Below, one piece after another: positions 31,396-42,103 of a DNA stretch of 64,000 bases (within the stretch, counting starts at the first letter, position 1; every line of letters begins with the position of its first letter). The notes below the pieces were generated by a model. It saw only the letters and a program-made list of their open reading frames with translations, was not told where the DNA came from and did not search any database. The translations under genes were made by a program, and so were the position numbers. Source of the stretch: Candidatus Latescibacterota bacterium. GTDB taxonomy: Bacteria; Latescibacterota; CBDEFO01. Location of the stretch: contig OZ252149.1 of the NCBI GenBank assembly GCA_965248755.1, positions 704,001-768,000 on the forward strand, in the 5' to 3' direction.

Positions 31396-32240
31396 ATGAG
31401 AACGGCTACCTGCTCTTATGAGGAAGTGCTGAACGAGGACGACATAAGCCCGGTGATGGAGGAATATTCCTCCATCACCGACAAATGTGCACAGCAGTTG
31501 TATAAAGAGGGAAAACTCAGCGAGCTTTTCGCAGATGAACCCTTTGAAAGGCGACTGGTGTCCTTAGCCAGGGAAACCCCACAAATCGCCGGAGGGCTTG
31601 CCATTATGCAGGAGCGCAGGGTGGCGACCTTCAACTTTTTGAAGATTCCCAAGATTCTGGACCTGGCTGAATCGCTTGTCGGCTCTGAGATTGTGTGCAA
31701 TCCCATCCAGCACATAAGGGCAGTCCTTCCGCACCAACAGACCGGCACACGGCCGAGCGCCTGGCATCAAGACGCCGGCGTGTAGCTGGCCCGACGCTGA
31801 CCCCTACTTTATGCTCACAATCTGGGTACCCCTTGTGGACGCAACGCTGGAGAACGGCTGCTTAGAGGTGATGCCCAGAAGCCACACAGACGGTCTTAGG
31901 CGGCATACTCAGAACTCTTACGGGCTGGGCATAATTCCCGAAGATCTCCCATCCATCGAACCACAGCCCCTGCCTCTGCAGAGAGGCGGAGTCATCCTGT
32001 TCCACAACTACACCTTGCACCACGCTCGACCAAACGAGACAGATGCAGTGCGATGGAGCTTTGACCTGCCGCTACAACGACGCATATCAACCGACAGGAC
32101 TCCCCTTCCACCCGGCGTTCCTTATGCGCAGCAAGCTGCGCCCAGAGGTGGCGCAGACCGACTACGAGACCTGCCGCCAGAGGTGGGAGTTTGCACTGCG
32201 GGCATCACATGAAGCCAAGCACTATCGCTGGTCGTTATAG
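31396..32240 (+). pseudogene. PhyH-family Fe(II)/2OG dioxygenase, frameshifted
   Basis: WHQDAG / WVPLVDATLENGCL / FHNYTLH / RWSFDL-RY split across three frames (breaks near 31783 and 32068). Confidence 0.85.
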
Positions 32241-32268
32241 GGATCTACTTGAAAATTGGATATGATCC

Positions 32269-33411
32269 ATGTCACAACATAGATTCTACAGAATATTTAT
32301 ATTAATACTGCTGTTAATTCCTATTCTGGTCTATAGAGAAAAGTCCGGAGCCTTTCCGGCAGTCCAAGAGAAAAAGTTTCGTCCCACCTGGCAAAAGGGC
32401 GTCTCTTATACGCACGGATACCGGCAGGACAATAGCTTGAGGTCGCGAAAGTCCAGGAAATCTCTGGGGATACTCTCAGACATAAACGTAGAATATATAT
32501 CTATAACTCCCTTTGCATTTCAGAAGAAATTTGACGATGTTTATATCGGTTTCGGAGTGGATCCAACAGATACGGATGTCATACATGCCGTAAAAGAGGC
32601 GCACCGTATGGGCCTCAAGGTTATGATCAAGCCCCACATCTGGCTCGGGAAGAGATGGGATGGAAACTGGAGGGGTACTATAAGGATGCCGAACCAGTCG
32701 GCGTGGAAAGAGTGGTTCCGAAACTATAGAATCTTTATCCTCCACTACGCCCGGATAGCCGAAGACTATAACGCTGACATCTTCTGCGTAGGCACCGAAC
32801 TTATGGCCACCGCTGTGCAGAGGAAGGACGACTGGAGAAAACTTATAAAGGAGATCAGGACCGTCTACAGCGGACCGTTGATCTATGCCGCGAACTGGTG
32901 GCAGGAATACAGTTTAATAGAGTTCTGGGACCTTTTGGATTACGTGGGCATAAACGCCTTTTTTCCCTTGAGCGACAAAGAGGACGCCTCGCTTGAGGAG
33001 CTTCAAATGGGATGCGAACTGATAGCCGATCAGTTGGATGAATTTAACAAGAAAGTGAATAAGCCCATAATCTTTACGGAGGTGGGATACAAAAGTGTCT
33101 ATGGCACGAGCGTTCGGCCCTGGGAGTGGACTTCGCGCTCTCCTGTAAACCCCCAGGAACAGGCCGAATGCTACCAGGCTGTGTTAGAGACTTTCTGGGG
33201 AAGGCCCTGGTTCTACGGCCTCTACTGGTGGAAATGGTTCACCGACCCCAACATCGGAGGATATTCCAACAGAGGGTTTACGCCGAGGAAGAAGCCAGCA
33301 GAAAAGGTCATAGCCCGATGGTTTGAAAGACCTGCGCCGAGGGGATTTTACGGATATTTCCCCGGTGAATCTGAAGCGGAAATTGCTCAGGTTTCCACAG
33401 CTATAAAATGA
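32269..33411 (+). CDS. glycoside hydrolase, GH113-like TIM barrel, with N-terminal signal/anchor
   Basis: VMIKPHIW, CVGTEL, YAANW, GINAFFPL, IFTEVGY, GLYWWKW. Confidence 0.82.
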   Translation: MSQHRFYRIFILILLLIPILVYREKSGAFPAVQEKKFRPTWQKGVSYTHGYRQDNSLRSRKSRKSLGILSDINVEYISITPFAFQKKFDDVYIGFGVDPTDTDVIHAVKEAHRMGLKVMIKPHIWLGKRWDGNWRGTIRMPNQSAWKEWFRNYRIFILHYARIAEDYNADIFCVGTELMATAVQRKDDWRKLIKEIRTVYSGPLIYAANWWQEYSLIEFWDLLDYVGINAFFPLSDKEDASLEELQMGCELIADQLDEFNKKVNKPIIFTEVGYKSVYGTSVRPWEWTSRSPVNPQEQAECYQAVLETFWGRPWFYGLYWWKWFTDPNIGGYSNRGFTPRKKPAEKVIARWFERPAPRGFYGYFPGESEAEIAQVSTAIK

Positions 33412-33777
33412 CCAAAATAACAGAAAAACTCATACGGGATATCAAAGACAAAATAGTCGAAAAGATACATCCCGAAAAGATTATATTATTCGGATCGCAC
33501 GCCTATGTAATTCCAAATAAGGGCAGCGACTTAGATAAAGTCCTGATTAAAGAATCCGATCTGCTGAGGCATAAGAGGGCAGTAGAGGCATAAGAGGGCA
33601 GTAGAGGCATACGAGGAGATCTCTCCCTTCGGCGTTCCGATTGATATCATCGTCTATACGCCCCAGGAGGTGGAAGAATACGAAGATGTGAAAGGGGCTT
33701 TCATAAACAAGGTTGTAAGAACGGGCAAGACGCTCTACCAGCAGCCAGGACAGGAGAAAAAGAGGGTGCAGAAGACT
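33408..33777 (+). pseudogene. MNT (minimal nucleotidyltransferase) antitoxin disrupted by a 19-bp tandem duplication
   Basis: PEKIILFGSHAY...SDLD; GAGGCATAAGAGGGCAGTA duplicated at 33566-33603; downstream frame continues PIDIIVYTPQE. Confidence 0.8.
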
Positions 33778-34218
33778 ATGAACCACCGAGATACTATTAA
33801 AAAGTTAGTTCGGGAATGGTTCAAAAAAGCCCGGAGTGATCTAATAGCCGCCGAGGCTCTGATCGAACTGGACTCTCCCCCTGAGGATATTATCTGCTTC
33901 CACTCGTAGCAGGCGGCGGAGAAATACTCGAAGGGACTTCTGGTCTTTCACCAGATTGAATTTGAAAAGACCCATAATTTAGTCGATCTGAAAGACCTAT
34001 GTGCGTTGGCAGAACCAGCGTTTAATAGCATAACGTCTGAGATAATAAGTTTAAATCCTAACGCTGTAGCAGTAAGCTATCCAGACGATTTTCGGGATTA
34101 CTCTCTCGAAGATGCAAAAGAGGCTATCCAGATGGCACAGAAAGTGGAGAGTTTTGTGTTAGAAAGATTTCCTGAATTCTTGGCGGAAGAGGAAAGAAAG
34201 AATTGTCGCAATACGTAG
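33778..34218 (+). pseudogene. HEPN-domain protein with in-frame TAG
   Basis: EWFKKARSDL...ICFHS*QAAEKY..KTHNL; TAG at 33907-33909 replaces the Gln of FHxQQAAEK. Confidence 0.85.
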
Positions 34219-34520
34219 TTATATTCGTAACGGCAAGCTCAGACGAAGAGGCGCAAAGAATCGGACGGGCGCTTGTGGAGGAGAAGCTTGTGGCTTGCTC
34301 CAACATAGCTTCCTCTATAAGGTCGTTCTACTGGTGGAAGGGCAAAATTTGCGACGAAACCGAAGTCCTTTTGATAGCCAAAAGCACGCAGGATCATATG
34401 GAGGAAATAATAAGAAAAGTCAAAGAACTGCACAGCTACGAGGTCCCTGAGATAATAGCCCTTCCCATCTTAGGCGGTTCAAAGGACTATCTAAATTGGA
34501 TAGAGGAGGAGACTAAGTAA
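34203..34520 (+). CDS. cutA: divalent-cation tolerance protein CutA
   Basis: LVEEKLVAC.N, SFYWWKG, E.LLIAKS, HSYEVPEII. Confidence 0.93.
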   Translation: MSQYVVIFVTASSDEEAQRIGRALVEEKLVACSNIASSIRSFYWWKGKICDETEVLLIAKSTQDHMEEIIRKVKELHSYEVPEIIALPILGGSKDYLNWIEEETK

Positions 34521-34679
34521 AAAGACAGGGCACCTTGTCCTTTCCCTGGAGGTTAGATTCATTTCCAAGGAGATAGAGGTAGAAAAGTAAGATGTACAAT
34601 CTTTCCGGATGTCCCTATAAGGATTTTGGAGGGATACCGATAGGTGAGCAAGAGAAGTAGCTTTAGACAGTCAGTGCCA

Positions 34680-34930
34680 AGGGAGGAATCTCGCGATTCC
34701 AACAGTTCAAAAGATTCTTGAAAGTGTCTGCAAAAATGGAGGGATAGACAGAAAGGTAGCGGTACACTATTTGAGGCACAGTTTCACTACGAATTTGCTT
34801 GAAATTGGCATTGTTTTGAGATATATTAGGGAACTATGCGGGCACAGAAGCAGTAAGACTACTAAACTTTAGACGCATTTACAGAAGTCTTGCATCCGTA
34901 AAAAGTCCAGTTGATAGGTTATTTGAAGAG
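34680..34930 (+). pseudogene. tyrosine recombinase/integrase C-terminal remnant
   Basis: VQKIL...VAVHYLRHSFTTNLLE.G..LRYIRELCGHRSSKTT.L*TH ... KSPVD; catalytic Tyr codon replaced by TAG. Confidence 0.75.
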
Positions 34931-35053
34931 CAAGTAGGTGAACAATATATGACAAGAGAGCAATACTGGTCTTTCACCGAAAGTGATGCATGTCCGAGGT
35001 TTGCATATCACACCGAAGTAGAAAGATAAGAGAAATAGATCACATATAAGCAA

Positions 35054-35875
35054 GTGGAGGACAGCCCCATGACTGATACCGTGACGGCCCGTCACACCGA
35101 TGTTTTCAACTACTTCATGCTCACGGACGAACAGATCAAACGATATGGCGAAGAGGGCTACCTCAACATCGGCAGCACGCTGACGCACCAGGGACTGGAG
35201 CTGATGCGGCAGGAAGTGATGCAAGCCTGGAGTGCAGAGAAAGACGCGTTTGATCCAAACAAAACATGGCTGAACAATGCGTTGCTTCCCAACATTCATC
35301 ACCGCTCGGACGTGGTACGCCGATATTACTTCAGCGGACCCCTGGTGGACATCGCAAGGCAGGTGATCGGGCCGAACATCAAGGCCGCGACTTCCCAGTT
35401 AACATTCAAAATGCGCGGCAACACACAGCCGTTTGCCTGGCATCAGGACAACGCGTATGGTGAGTTGGACCCCTACAGCGCGATATCCTGTTTGACGGCT
35501 CTGGACGACACTGACGTGGGCAACGGATGCCTGTGGCTGGTCCCTGGCAGCCACCAACAAGGCCAGTGTGAGGTCTCGCGCACGAAGGCGGACAAGGGGG
35601 GCAACCGTCCCGTGGAGCTGACCGTGGATGACAGCCTTGGCGTGCCGATGCCGGTGAAGGCTGGCGAATGCTTTTTTTTCCACTGTCACATGCTGCACAA
35701 GTCGCAGGGTAACCTATCAAAAGATCGCGACCGACGTATCCTTTTCATGCGATACGCCGACGCCGACGCGGTAGAGGTTTACGACGATCGCCGCCCGCGA
35801 TTAGGCCGGCTGCTGTGCGGCACGACACGGTTTCCAGAGGTCGAAGCCTACGAAGCAGACTTACCGTTAGACTGA
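35054..35875 (+). CDS. PhyH-family Fe(II)/2OG dioxygenase
   Basis: WHQD, ALDD...NGCLWLVPGSH, FHCHMLH.S..N...RR. Confidence 0.9.
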   Translation: MEDSPMTDTVTARHTDVFNYFMLTDEQIKRYGEEGYLNIGSTLTHQGLELMRQEVMQAWSAEKDAFDPNKTWLNNALLPNIHHRSDVVRRYYFSGPLVDIARQVIGPNIKAATSQLTFKMRGNTQPFAWHQDNAYGELDPYSAISCLTALDDTDVGNGCLWLVPGSHQQGQCEVSRTKADKGGNRPVELTVDDSLGVPMPVKAGECFFFHCHMLHKSQGNLSKDRDRRILFMRYADADAVEVYDDRRPRLGRLLCGTTRFPEVEAYEADLPLD

Positions 35876-35947
35876 TTGGTACGGCCAATCCGGAAATTTG
35901 GTAACGCCAGACCTGACGAATACTGAATAATAGCGAAAGGAGAAATC

Positions 35948-36709
35948 ATGGACTGGAAGAAAAACGCCCAAGAGATCAAGGAAGCCTTCGACAGGGATGG
36001 TTACATGGTACTGCGCGGATTTTTGAGTTCGGAAGAAGCAGAAGAAATCAATCTCCAGACCGACCGCTACATTGCCGAGATACTGCCCCGACTTCCAGAC
36101 AATGCGGCTTTCTACGAGGTGAAGGACGACCCCGAGGCCATCATGCGGCTGGAGAGCATGTCCAAACACGACGCCTATTTCAAGGACCTTTGCACCAGCA
36201 GCAGCCTTGTTGAACTCGCCGAGTTGTTGATGAACGACCAGGTGGTGACCAACGGAATGTCGTGGTTCAACAAGCCCGCCCGGGTTGGCAAGGTGACCCC
36301 ACCCCACCAGGATGGGTTCTACTTCATGCTTGAGCCCAACGAGGCCGTGACCTTGTGGCTGGCCCTGGATACAATCGACGATGAGAACGGCTGTATGCGC
36401 TTTGTGCCGGGGTCGCGATGGCGGGATATGCGTCCGCACCAGAGCTCCAATGTGCTGGGTTTTTCCCTGGGCATAACGGACTACGGCGAGGCGGACTACC
36501 AGATTGAGGCGGCGATTCACGCCGAGCCGGGCGACCTTATCGCGCACCACTGCATGACCATTCACCGGACTGACGCGAATCCAAGCGAACGGCACCGGAG
36601 GGCCCTGGGGTTTGTCTACTACGCCCAACGCGCCAAAGAGGACAAGGAACGGGTCGAGGCCTACAAGAAGCAACTATTTGAGGAATGGGAAAAAGAAGGC
36701 AAGGTCTGA
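35948..36709 (+). CDS. PhyH-family dioxygenase, copy 1
   Basis: FNKP, TPPHQD, WLALD..D.ENGC, HHCMTIH. Confidence 0.9.
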   Translation: MDWKKNAQEIKEAFDRDGYMVLRGFLSSEEAEEINLQTDRYIAEILPRLPDNAAFYEVKDDPEAIMRLESMSKHDAYFKDLCTSSSLVELAELLMNDQVVTNGMSWFNKPARVGKVTPPHQDGFYFMLEPNEAVTLWLALDTIDDENGCMRFVPGSRWRDMRPHQSSNVLGFSLGITDYGEADYQIEAAIHAEPGDLIAHHCMTIHRTDANPSERHRRALGFVYYAQRAKEDKERVEAYKKQLFEEWEKEGKV

Positions 36710-36781
36710 GCTGCTTCTTCAATCCGACTCCTCAATAAACTCCTCCCTGATCGATACTGAATAATAGCGAAAGGAGAAATC

Positions 36782-37543
36782 ATGGACTGGAAGAAAAACG
36801 CCAAGGAGATCAAGGAAGCCTTCGACAGGGATGGTTACATGGTGCTCCGCGGCTTTCTTAGCTCAGAGGAAGCAGAAGAAATCAATCTCCAGACCGACCG
36901 CTACATTGCCGAGGTACTGCCCCGACTTCCAGACAATGCGGCTTTCTACGAGGTGAAGGACGACCCCGAGGCCATCATGCGGCTGGAGAGCATGTCCAAA
37001 CACGACGCCTATTTCAAGGACCTTTGCACCAGCAGCCACCTTGTCGAACTCGCCGAGTCGTTGATGAACGAGCAGGTGGTGACCAACAGAATGTCGTGGT
37101 TCAACAAGCCCGCCCGGGTCGGCAAGGTGACCCCACCCCACCAGGATGGGTTCTACTTCATGCTTGAGCCCAACGAGGCCGTGACCTTGTGGCTGGCCCT
37201 GGATACAATCGACGATGAGAACGGCTGCATGCGCTTTGTGCCGGGGTCGCGATGGCGGGGTATGCGTCCGCACCAGAGCTCCAATGTGCTGGGTTTTTCC
37301 CTGGGCATAACGGACTACGGCGAGGCGGACTACCAGATTGAGGTGGCTATTCACGCCGAGCCTGGCGACCTTATCGCGCACCACTGCATGACCATTCACC
37401 GGACTGACGCGAATCCAAGCGAACGGCACCGGAGGGCCCTGGGGTTTGTCTACTACGCCCAACGCGCCAAAGAGGACAAGGAACGGCTCGAGGCCCACAA
37501 GAAGCAACTATTTGAGGAATGGGAAAAAGAAGGCAAGGTCTGA
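36782..37543 (+). CDS. PhyH-family dioxygenase, copy 2
   Basis: 253 aa, about 10 substitutions relative to copy 1. Confidence 0.9.
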   Translation: MDWKKNAKEIKEAFDRDGYMVLRGFLSSEEAEEINLQTDRYIAEVLPRLPDNAAFYEVKDDPEAIMRLESMSKHDAYFKDLCTSSHLVELAESLMNEQVVTNRMSWFNKPARVGKVTPPHQDGFYFMLEPNEAVTLWLALDTIDDENGCMRFVPGSRWRGMRPHQSSNVLGFSLGITDYGEADYQIEVAIHAEPGDLIAHHCMTIHRTDANPSERHRRALGFVYYAQRAKEDKERLEAHKKQLFEEWEKEGKV

Positions 37544-37552
37544 TCTGCTTCT

Positions 37553-37864
37553 TTAATCCGACTCCTCAATAAACTCCTCTAGGGCCTCTCTGTAGGGCCC
37601 CATTGACAGCAAAAATCCGTCGTTGTGGCCCCCAGCGATCTCGAGGAATTTCCTGAGTTTCCTGGCCGCCTCGTCGAGCCGCCGGCCGCGGACTGAAGGT
37701 ATGAAATCATCCTCGCGGCTGTGAACCACCACCGGACGGGCCTGTAGGGAAAGGTGCTGAGGGGTATTGCACTGATAAAGCGCAAGCACGTGGCTCCAAA
37801 AGCGGGTACAGATCCTGGCCGAGATCCGGGTATGCAGATTACTATTGCGGATCTCTATAATCAC
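37553..37864 (-). pseudogene. alpha/beta-hydrolase C-terminal remnant
   Basis: PVVVHSREDDFIP..GRRL...K.FLEIAGGHNDGF (Asp/His of the triad); N-terminal half missing. Confidence 0.65.
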
Positions 37865-37913
37865 CTCCAGACTATGTTGACACGATACCGGAACAAGGTC
37901 AAAGGAGAGGAAT

Positions 37914-39029
37914 ATGGCAACATCTAAGGTGGCAGTGCTTAAGACTACCCCTGAGACGGTAGTGGACGATTATGCGAAACTTATGCGCCTTGCAGAGTAC
38001 GAACGGTTCATCTCCAAAGATGTAGATACGATAATCAAGCTGAATCTCTCCTGGACAAAGTACTTTCCCGCCTGCTCGTCCCAGCCGTGGCAGTTAGAGG
38101 GCGTTCTTAATACCCTTCTTCGAGATGGATTCGAAAGGGACGCCATCTTTCCCCTGGAAAATAGGACCGTGGTTACAGATCCCAAAAAGGGGGCGGTGGA
38201 GAACAACTGGATGCCCGTGCTCGAATCATTCGGACTGCCCTTTATACCCCTTCCCGAAGTAGAGTGGACTACTTACGAGTTCCAAGAAGAGCTCCTCGTC
38301 CTTAAGGAGATATTCCCTCTCGGGATACAGATTCCGAAGATATTTATCGGGAAGAATATAGTGCACCTTCCCACAGTAAAGACGCACGGTCACTCTACAA
38401 CCACTGGGGCTATCAAGAACGCCTTCGGCGGGCTGTTGAAGGAGGTCCGCCACTATGCCCACAAATATATTCACGAAACGCTGGTAGACCTTATGATCAT
38501 GCAGAAGGAGATCCACCCGGGCGTCTTTGCCGTTATGGACGGGACGGTCTGCGGTGATGGGGCAGGTCCCAGGACTATGGACCCCCATATCAAGGACTAC
38601 ATATTAGCCAGCGGGGACAGCGTAGCCATAGACAGCATAGCCGCCAAGATGATGGGGTTCGAACCTATGGAGATACCCTACATCAGGATGTGCCACGAGA
38701 GGGGATTAGGTGTGGGTGATCCCAGGGAAATAGAGATCGTCGGAGAGGATATATCGGACACAAACTTCGGATTCGAGGCAAAAAGGAGCTTCGTTATATG
38801 GGGAGATCAGATGCTGAGGAAGGGCGCTCTGCGTCCCTTTGAAAAGATACTTCTGCACTCTCCTTTAGTTGCCTGGGCTCCATTTGCTTCCAACGTCTAC
38901 CACGACTTTATGTGGTATCCCACGGTGGGCAAGAGGATCATTGACGAATTTATGGATACAAAGTGGGGGCATCTCTTTTGCGAATATGGAGAGGGAAAAC
39001 TAAAGACGAGGCAGTCTGCTTCCGTCTGA
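37914..39029 (+). CDS. DUF362-family (putative Fe-S-binding) protein
   Basis: IKLNLSW, LPTVKTH, TGAIKNAFG, VMDGT..GDGAGP, D.VAID; GGAG RBS. Confidence 0.85.
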   Translation: MATSKVAVLKTTPETVVDDYAKLMRLAEYERFISKDVDTIIKLNLSWTKYFPACSSQPWQLEGVLNTLLRDGFERDAIFPLENRTVVTDPKKGAVENNWMPVLESFGLPFIPLPEVEWTTYEFQEELLVLKEIFPLGIQIPKIFIGKNIVHLPTVKTHGHSTTTGAIKNAFGGLLKEVRHYAHKYIHETLVDLMIMQKEIHPGVFAVMDGTVCGDGAGPRTMDPHIKDYILASGDSVAIDSIAAKMMGFEPMEIPYIRMCHERGLGVGDPREIEIVGEDISDTNFGFEAKRSFVIWGDQMLRKGALRPFEKILLHSPLVAWAPFASNVYHDFMWYPTVGKRIIDEFMDTKWGHLFCEYGEGKLKTRQSASV

Positions 39030-39129
39030 TTCGGAACGTTGAATCCCCAGGGAACTGGATATGTGTACGGGCTGAGTTTATCGCCCCTATACTGAACATT
39101 GACCGAAATACAGAACGCATGCTGCGCTT

Positions 39130-41088
39130 ATGCTCTTATCAATAGCGGACAGGAAAATCGAAAGGAAGGATATCTATGTCGCCTCCCTATGTTCCCTTAT
39201 CTCCTTTGTAGTCTACCTCAATACCCTCTGTCCGACGGTCTATGTGGTGGGAAGCGGAGAACTCATAACCGCAGCTCATACGCTCGGTATAGCACACCCT
39301 ACAGGCTATCCTCTCTACTGTCTTTTGGCAAGAATATTTTCTCTGCTCGTCCCCGGAGGCAACGTTCCCTTTAAGATCAACCTTATATCCGCCATTTTTG
39401 GATCGTCCTCCATATTCGTCTTCTACCTTCTCCTCTACAGACTCACAAAATCTGTAGCGGCATCCTTCTCGTCTGCCCTTATCTTCGCCTTCTCATCGGG
39501 GTTCTGGTCTCAGTCCGTTACAGCTGAGGTCTATACGCTTAATATCCTTTTAATGAGTCTTCTTACCTTTGCGCTTTTGACGTGGGAACGGACTCTGGAT
39601 AAAAGATACCTTGCGCTTTCGGCATTTATGTTTGGACTTTCCCTGTCGAACCATCTGACGTCTGTTCTGCTACTTCCGGCTCTGATCTTCTTCCTCGTAT
39701 CGTCCCCCGGCAGAATAAGGCTCAAAGATTTCGCGTATCTACTTCCCCTTGTGATCCTGGGCCTGACCCCTTATATATATCTTCCCCTCAGAGACGATCC
39801 ATCTCTACCATTTAGGTGGGCTCCTGTAGATACCTTGAGCGACTTTTTAAGATACATGCTCACATATTCTCACAGGATGTTCAGCCTTCCCTTCCAGCTG
39901 CAGGCCGAGTCCGCGCTCTATAATCTGCTGAAGTACATTAAATCTCTCCCTCGAGAGTTCACCACATACGTAATCTGGCTTGCGCCCGTGGGAATGGTCG
40001 CAAATATGAAGTCTAACAGGAGGATATTCGCCTTCTCAGCTCTGATATTTACTCTCTCAGTTTTCTATGCGATCAACTATAGAATACTAGATATTCAGGT
40101 GTTCTTTATCCCATCGTTTTTCGTGGTCTCCATCTGGATCGCATACGCTCTGACGTATATTCAGCAGAAAACGGGGGAAATATCCTTCGGATTTTCCACA
40201 CGAAATGTAATATCGGCGGTTATGATCGCACTTGCTGTCTTTCCTTTAGCGTTTAATTTCCACAGAAATGACCTGAGCCAGAACAGGCTCGCATACGACT
40301 ATGGAAGAGATATACTAAGGTCTTTGGATCATTCGGCCGTTCTCTTAACAGAGGGTGACGACGCATCGTTTATACTGGACTATCTGAAGGTCGTAGAGAA
40401 CATGCGACCCGATGTGGATCTTTACCACAGGGATGGTCCTGTATTCAGCGGTATCTACGGGAAGGATTACGCCAAACTCCCCTTCCAGCAGAAATCAAAG
40501 TTTCGGCGCAGAGTTGAAAGGGCCCTCATCCAGAAGGAAGATCGCCCTGTCTACTACGTTATCAAGAAAAACCTCGACTTTGCTCCCGGATACACCCTTA
40601 TGCCCGAGGGACTCTGCTACCGGGTCGTAAAAGAAGGCTCCGACTATCGGATCCGGGACCATTTTGGGAACTTTGTAGATCCGGATTCCCTCTCTACCAC
40701 CCCCTCTTACAAGGACAAATGGACGGCCAAGATCGTTTCCAACTATCATTTCTCGAAGGCGGACTTTTACATAGCTTTACAGGACACCCTGAAGGCTTTT
40801 CAGGAGTACGAGAAGGCTTCTACTGTAGCCCCAGAGTCAGCGACGCTCCATTACAACCTGGGGATAGTGTATTTCCGAGCTAAGAGATACTTCAAGGCTG
40901 AGGAGAAGCTGAAAAAGGCGATCCAGCTGGATCCGTATCGTTCTCCGCCTTATTATCTCCTCGCGCGGGTCAAACTGGCGCAGAGAGAAAGAGGGGAAGG
41001 CAGGAGTTATCTCGAAAAGGCGGTCCCTCTCAACCCGAACAACAGGAAGGCGGCGGAGTACCTCCGACGGATGAGAGGCAGGCTTTGA
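39130..41088 (+). CDS. DUF2723 (TMEM260-like GT-C glycosyltransferase) membrane protein with C-terminal TPRs
   Basis: GSGELI.AA..LGIAHPTGYPLY, WSQSVTAEVY.LN, GLSLSNH, EGDD..F; TPR HYNLG..Y. Confidence 0.87.
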   Translation: MLLSIADRKIERKDIYVASLCSLISFVVYLNTLCPTVYVVGSGELITAAHTLGIAHPTGYPLYCLLARIFSLLVPGGNVPFKINLISAIFGSSSIFVFYLLLYRLTKSVAASFSSALIFAFSSGFWSQSVTAEVYTLNILLMSLLTFALLTWERTLDKRYLALSAFMFGLSLSNHLTSVLLLPALIFFLVSSPGRIRLKDFAYLLPLVILGLTPYIYLPLRDDPSLPFRWAPVDTLSDFLRYMLTYSHRMFSLPFQLQAESALYNLLKYIKSLPREFTTYVIWLAPVGMVANMKSNRRIFAFSALIFTLSVFYAINYRILDIQVFFIPSFFVVSIWIAYALTYIQQKTGEISFGFSTRNVISAVMIALAVFPLAFNFHRNDLSQNRLAYDYGRDILRSLDHSAVLLTEGDDASFILDYLKVVENMRPDVDLYHRDGPVFSGIYGKDYAKLPFQQKSKFRRRVERALIQKEDRPVYYVIKKNLDFAPGYTLMPEGLCYRVVKEGSDYRIRDHFGNFVDPDSLSTTPSYKDKWTAKIVSNYHFSKADFYIALQDTLKAFQEYEKASTVAPESATLHYNLGIVYFRAKRYFKAEEKLKKAIQLDPYRSPPYYLLARVKLAQRERGEGRSYLEKAVPLNPNNRKAAEYLRRMRGRL

Positions 41089-41103
41089 AAGGAGAAACAT
41101 AAT

Positions 41104-42066
41104 ATGCTAATTCGAAAAGACATCAACATCGTGGGAGTGGTGGGAGCGGGAAATATGGGAGCAGGGATAGCCCAAACCTTTGCAGAGTCCGGTTTCGACG
41201 TCATAATGCACAGTAGAACCCCCGGTGGGCTTCAAAGGGGTCTGGACCTTATAAGGCTGAATCAAAGGCAGTTTCAAGAAAACGGCCTTATCACAAAAGA
41301 GAAATCTGAACAGGCTTTATCCAAGATCTCCACTACCACAGATATTCAGGATCTGTCCGACTCGGACTTTATAAACGAAAATGTCCCGGAAGATCTGGAG
41401 ATAAAAAGGTCCATCTTCTCAAAGTTAGACCAGATATGCAGGCAGGACATTATCCTATCCACAGACACGTCCGGTCTCCCCATAACCGAAATCTCCAGAG
41501 CGACAGAAAGGCCAGAAAGGGTGGTGGGTATGCACTGGTGGAACCCGCCGCACATTATGCCATTAGTCGAGATAATCAAAGGAGAAAAGACGGAGGCCGA
41601 GGCTCTCAGAAAAGTTCGCGATCTTTGTCCTAAAATTGGCAAAAAGCCGGTGATGGTCAAAAAGGACGCCCCGGGCTTTGTAGCCAACAGGATGCAGTTT
41701 GCAATCGCACGAGAAGCCTACAGCATCCTCCAGGAAGGGATCGCGGACGCAGAGGACATAGATCTTTCGATAAGGGAGGGACTCGGATTCCGATACTCCG
41801 TAATAGGTCCCCTGCAGACGTTCGACATAGCCGGACTCGACACGGTCTATAAGATCGCCGGCTATCTGTTGAAAGAGATCGATAATTCTACAGAGCCTCC
41901 GAAGATCCTCAAGGAACTTGTGGAAAATGGACACTACGGCGTAAAGACAGGCAGGGGTGTCTATGACTACGCATCAAAAACCCAGGAGGAGGTCGTATCC
42001 GAGAGGAATTTGGGGCTGATAAAGATGCTCAAAATGTTCAGATATATGAAGTCCGAGAGCGATTGA
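41104..42066 (+). CDS. 3-hydroxyacyl-CoA dehydrogenase family protein
   Basis: VVGAGNMGAGIA, ENVPEDLEIK, GMHWWNP, PGFVANR, YGVKTGRG. Confidence 0.93.
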   Translation: MLIRKDINIVGVVGAGNMGAGIAQTFAESGFDVIMHSRTPGGLQRGLDLIRLNQRQFQENGLITKEKSEQALSKISTTTDIQDLSDSDFINENVPEDLEIKRSIFSKLDQICRQDIILSTDTSGLPITEISRATERPERVVGMHWWNPPHIMPLVEIIKGEKTEAEALRKVRDLCPKIGKKPVMVKKDAPGFVANRMQFAIAREAYSILQEGIADAEDIDLSIREGLGFRYSVIGPLQTFDIAGLDTVYKIAGYLLKEIDNSTEPPKILKELVENGHYGVKTGRGVYDYASKTQEEVVSERNLGLIKMLKMFRYMKSESD

Positions 42067-42074
42067 AAATATTG

Positions 42075-42103
42075 TTGACAAGGATAGCAAAAGAGAGTAG
42101 CTT
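42075..42103 (+). promoter_or_regulatory. sigma70-type promoter for rpsT
   Basis: TTGACA-17 bp-TAGCTT; AGGAGG RBS before the TTG start. Confidence 0.55.

Larger units (their letters stand above)
35920..37579 (+). repeat. tandem duplication, 826-bp units (35920-36745 and 36754-37579)
   Basis: Near-identical units, each with RBS, PhyH gene and 3' tail; period 834 bp. Confidence 0.95.

Noticed and set aside
18729..34870. In-frame stops (TAA 18729, TAG 33907, TAG in the integrase remnant) as stop-codon reassignment or pyrrolysine
   Set aside because: TAA, TAG and TGA all terminate intact housekeeping genes here; the first two fit CAA/CAG to stop transitions and the loci show other decay
35867..37507. 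Long minus-strand ORFs over the PhyH genes
   Set aside because: Antisense shadows of high-GC3 coding sequence
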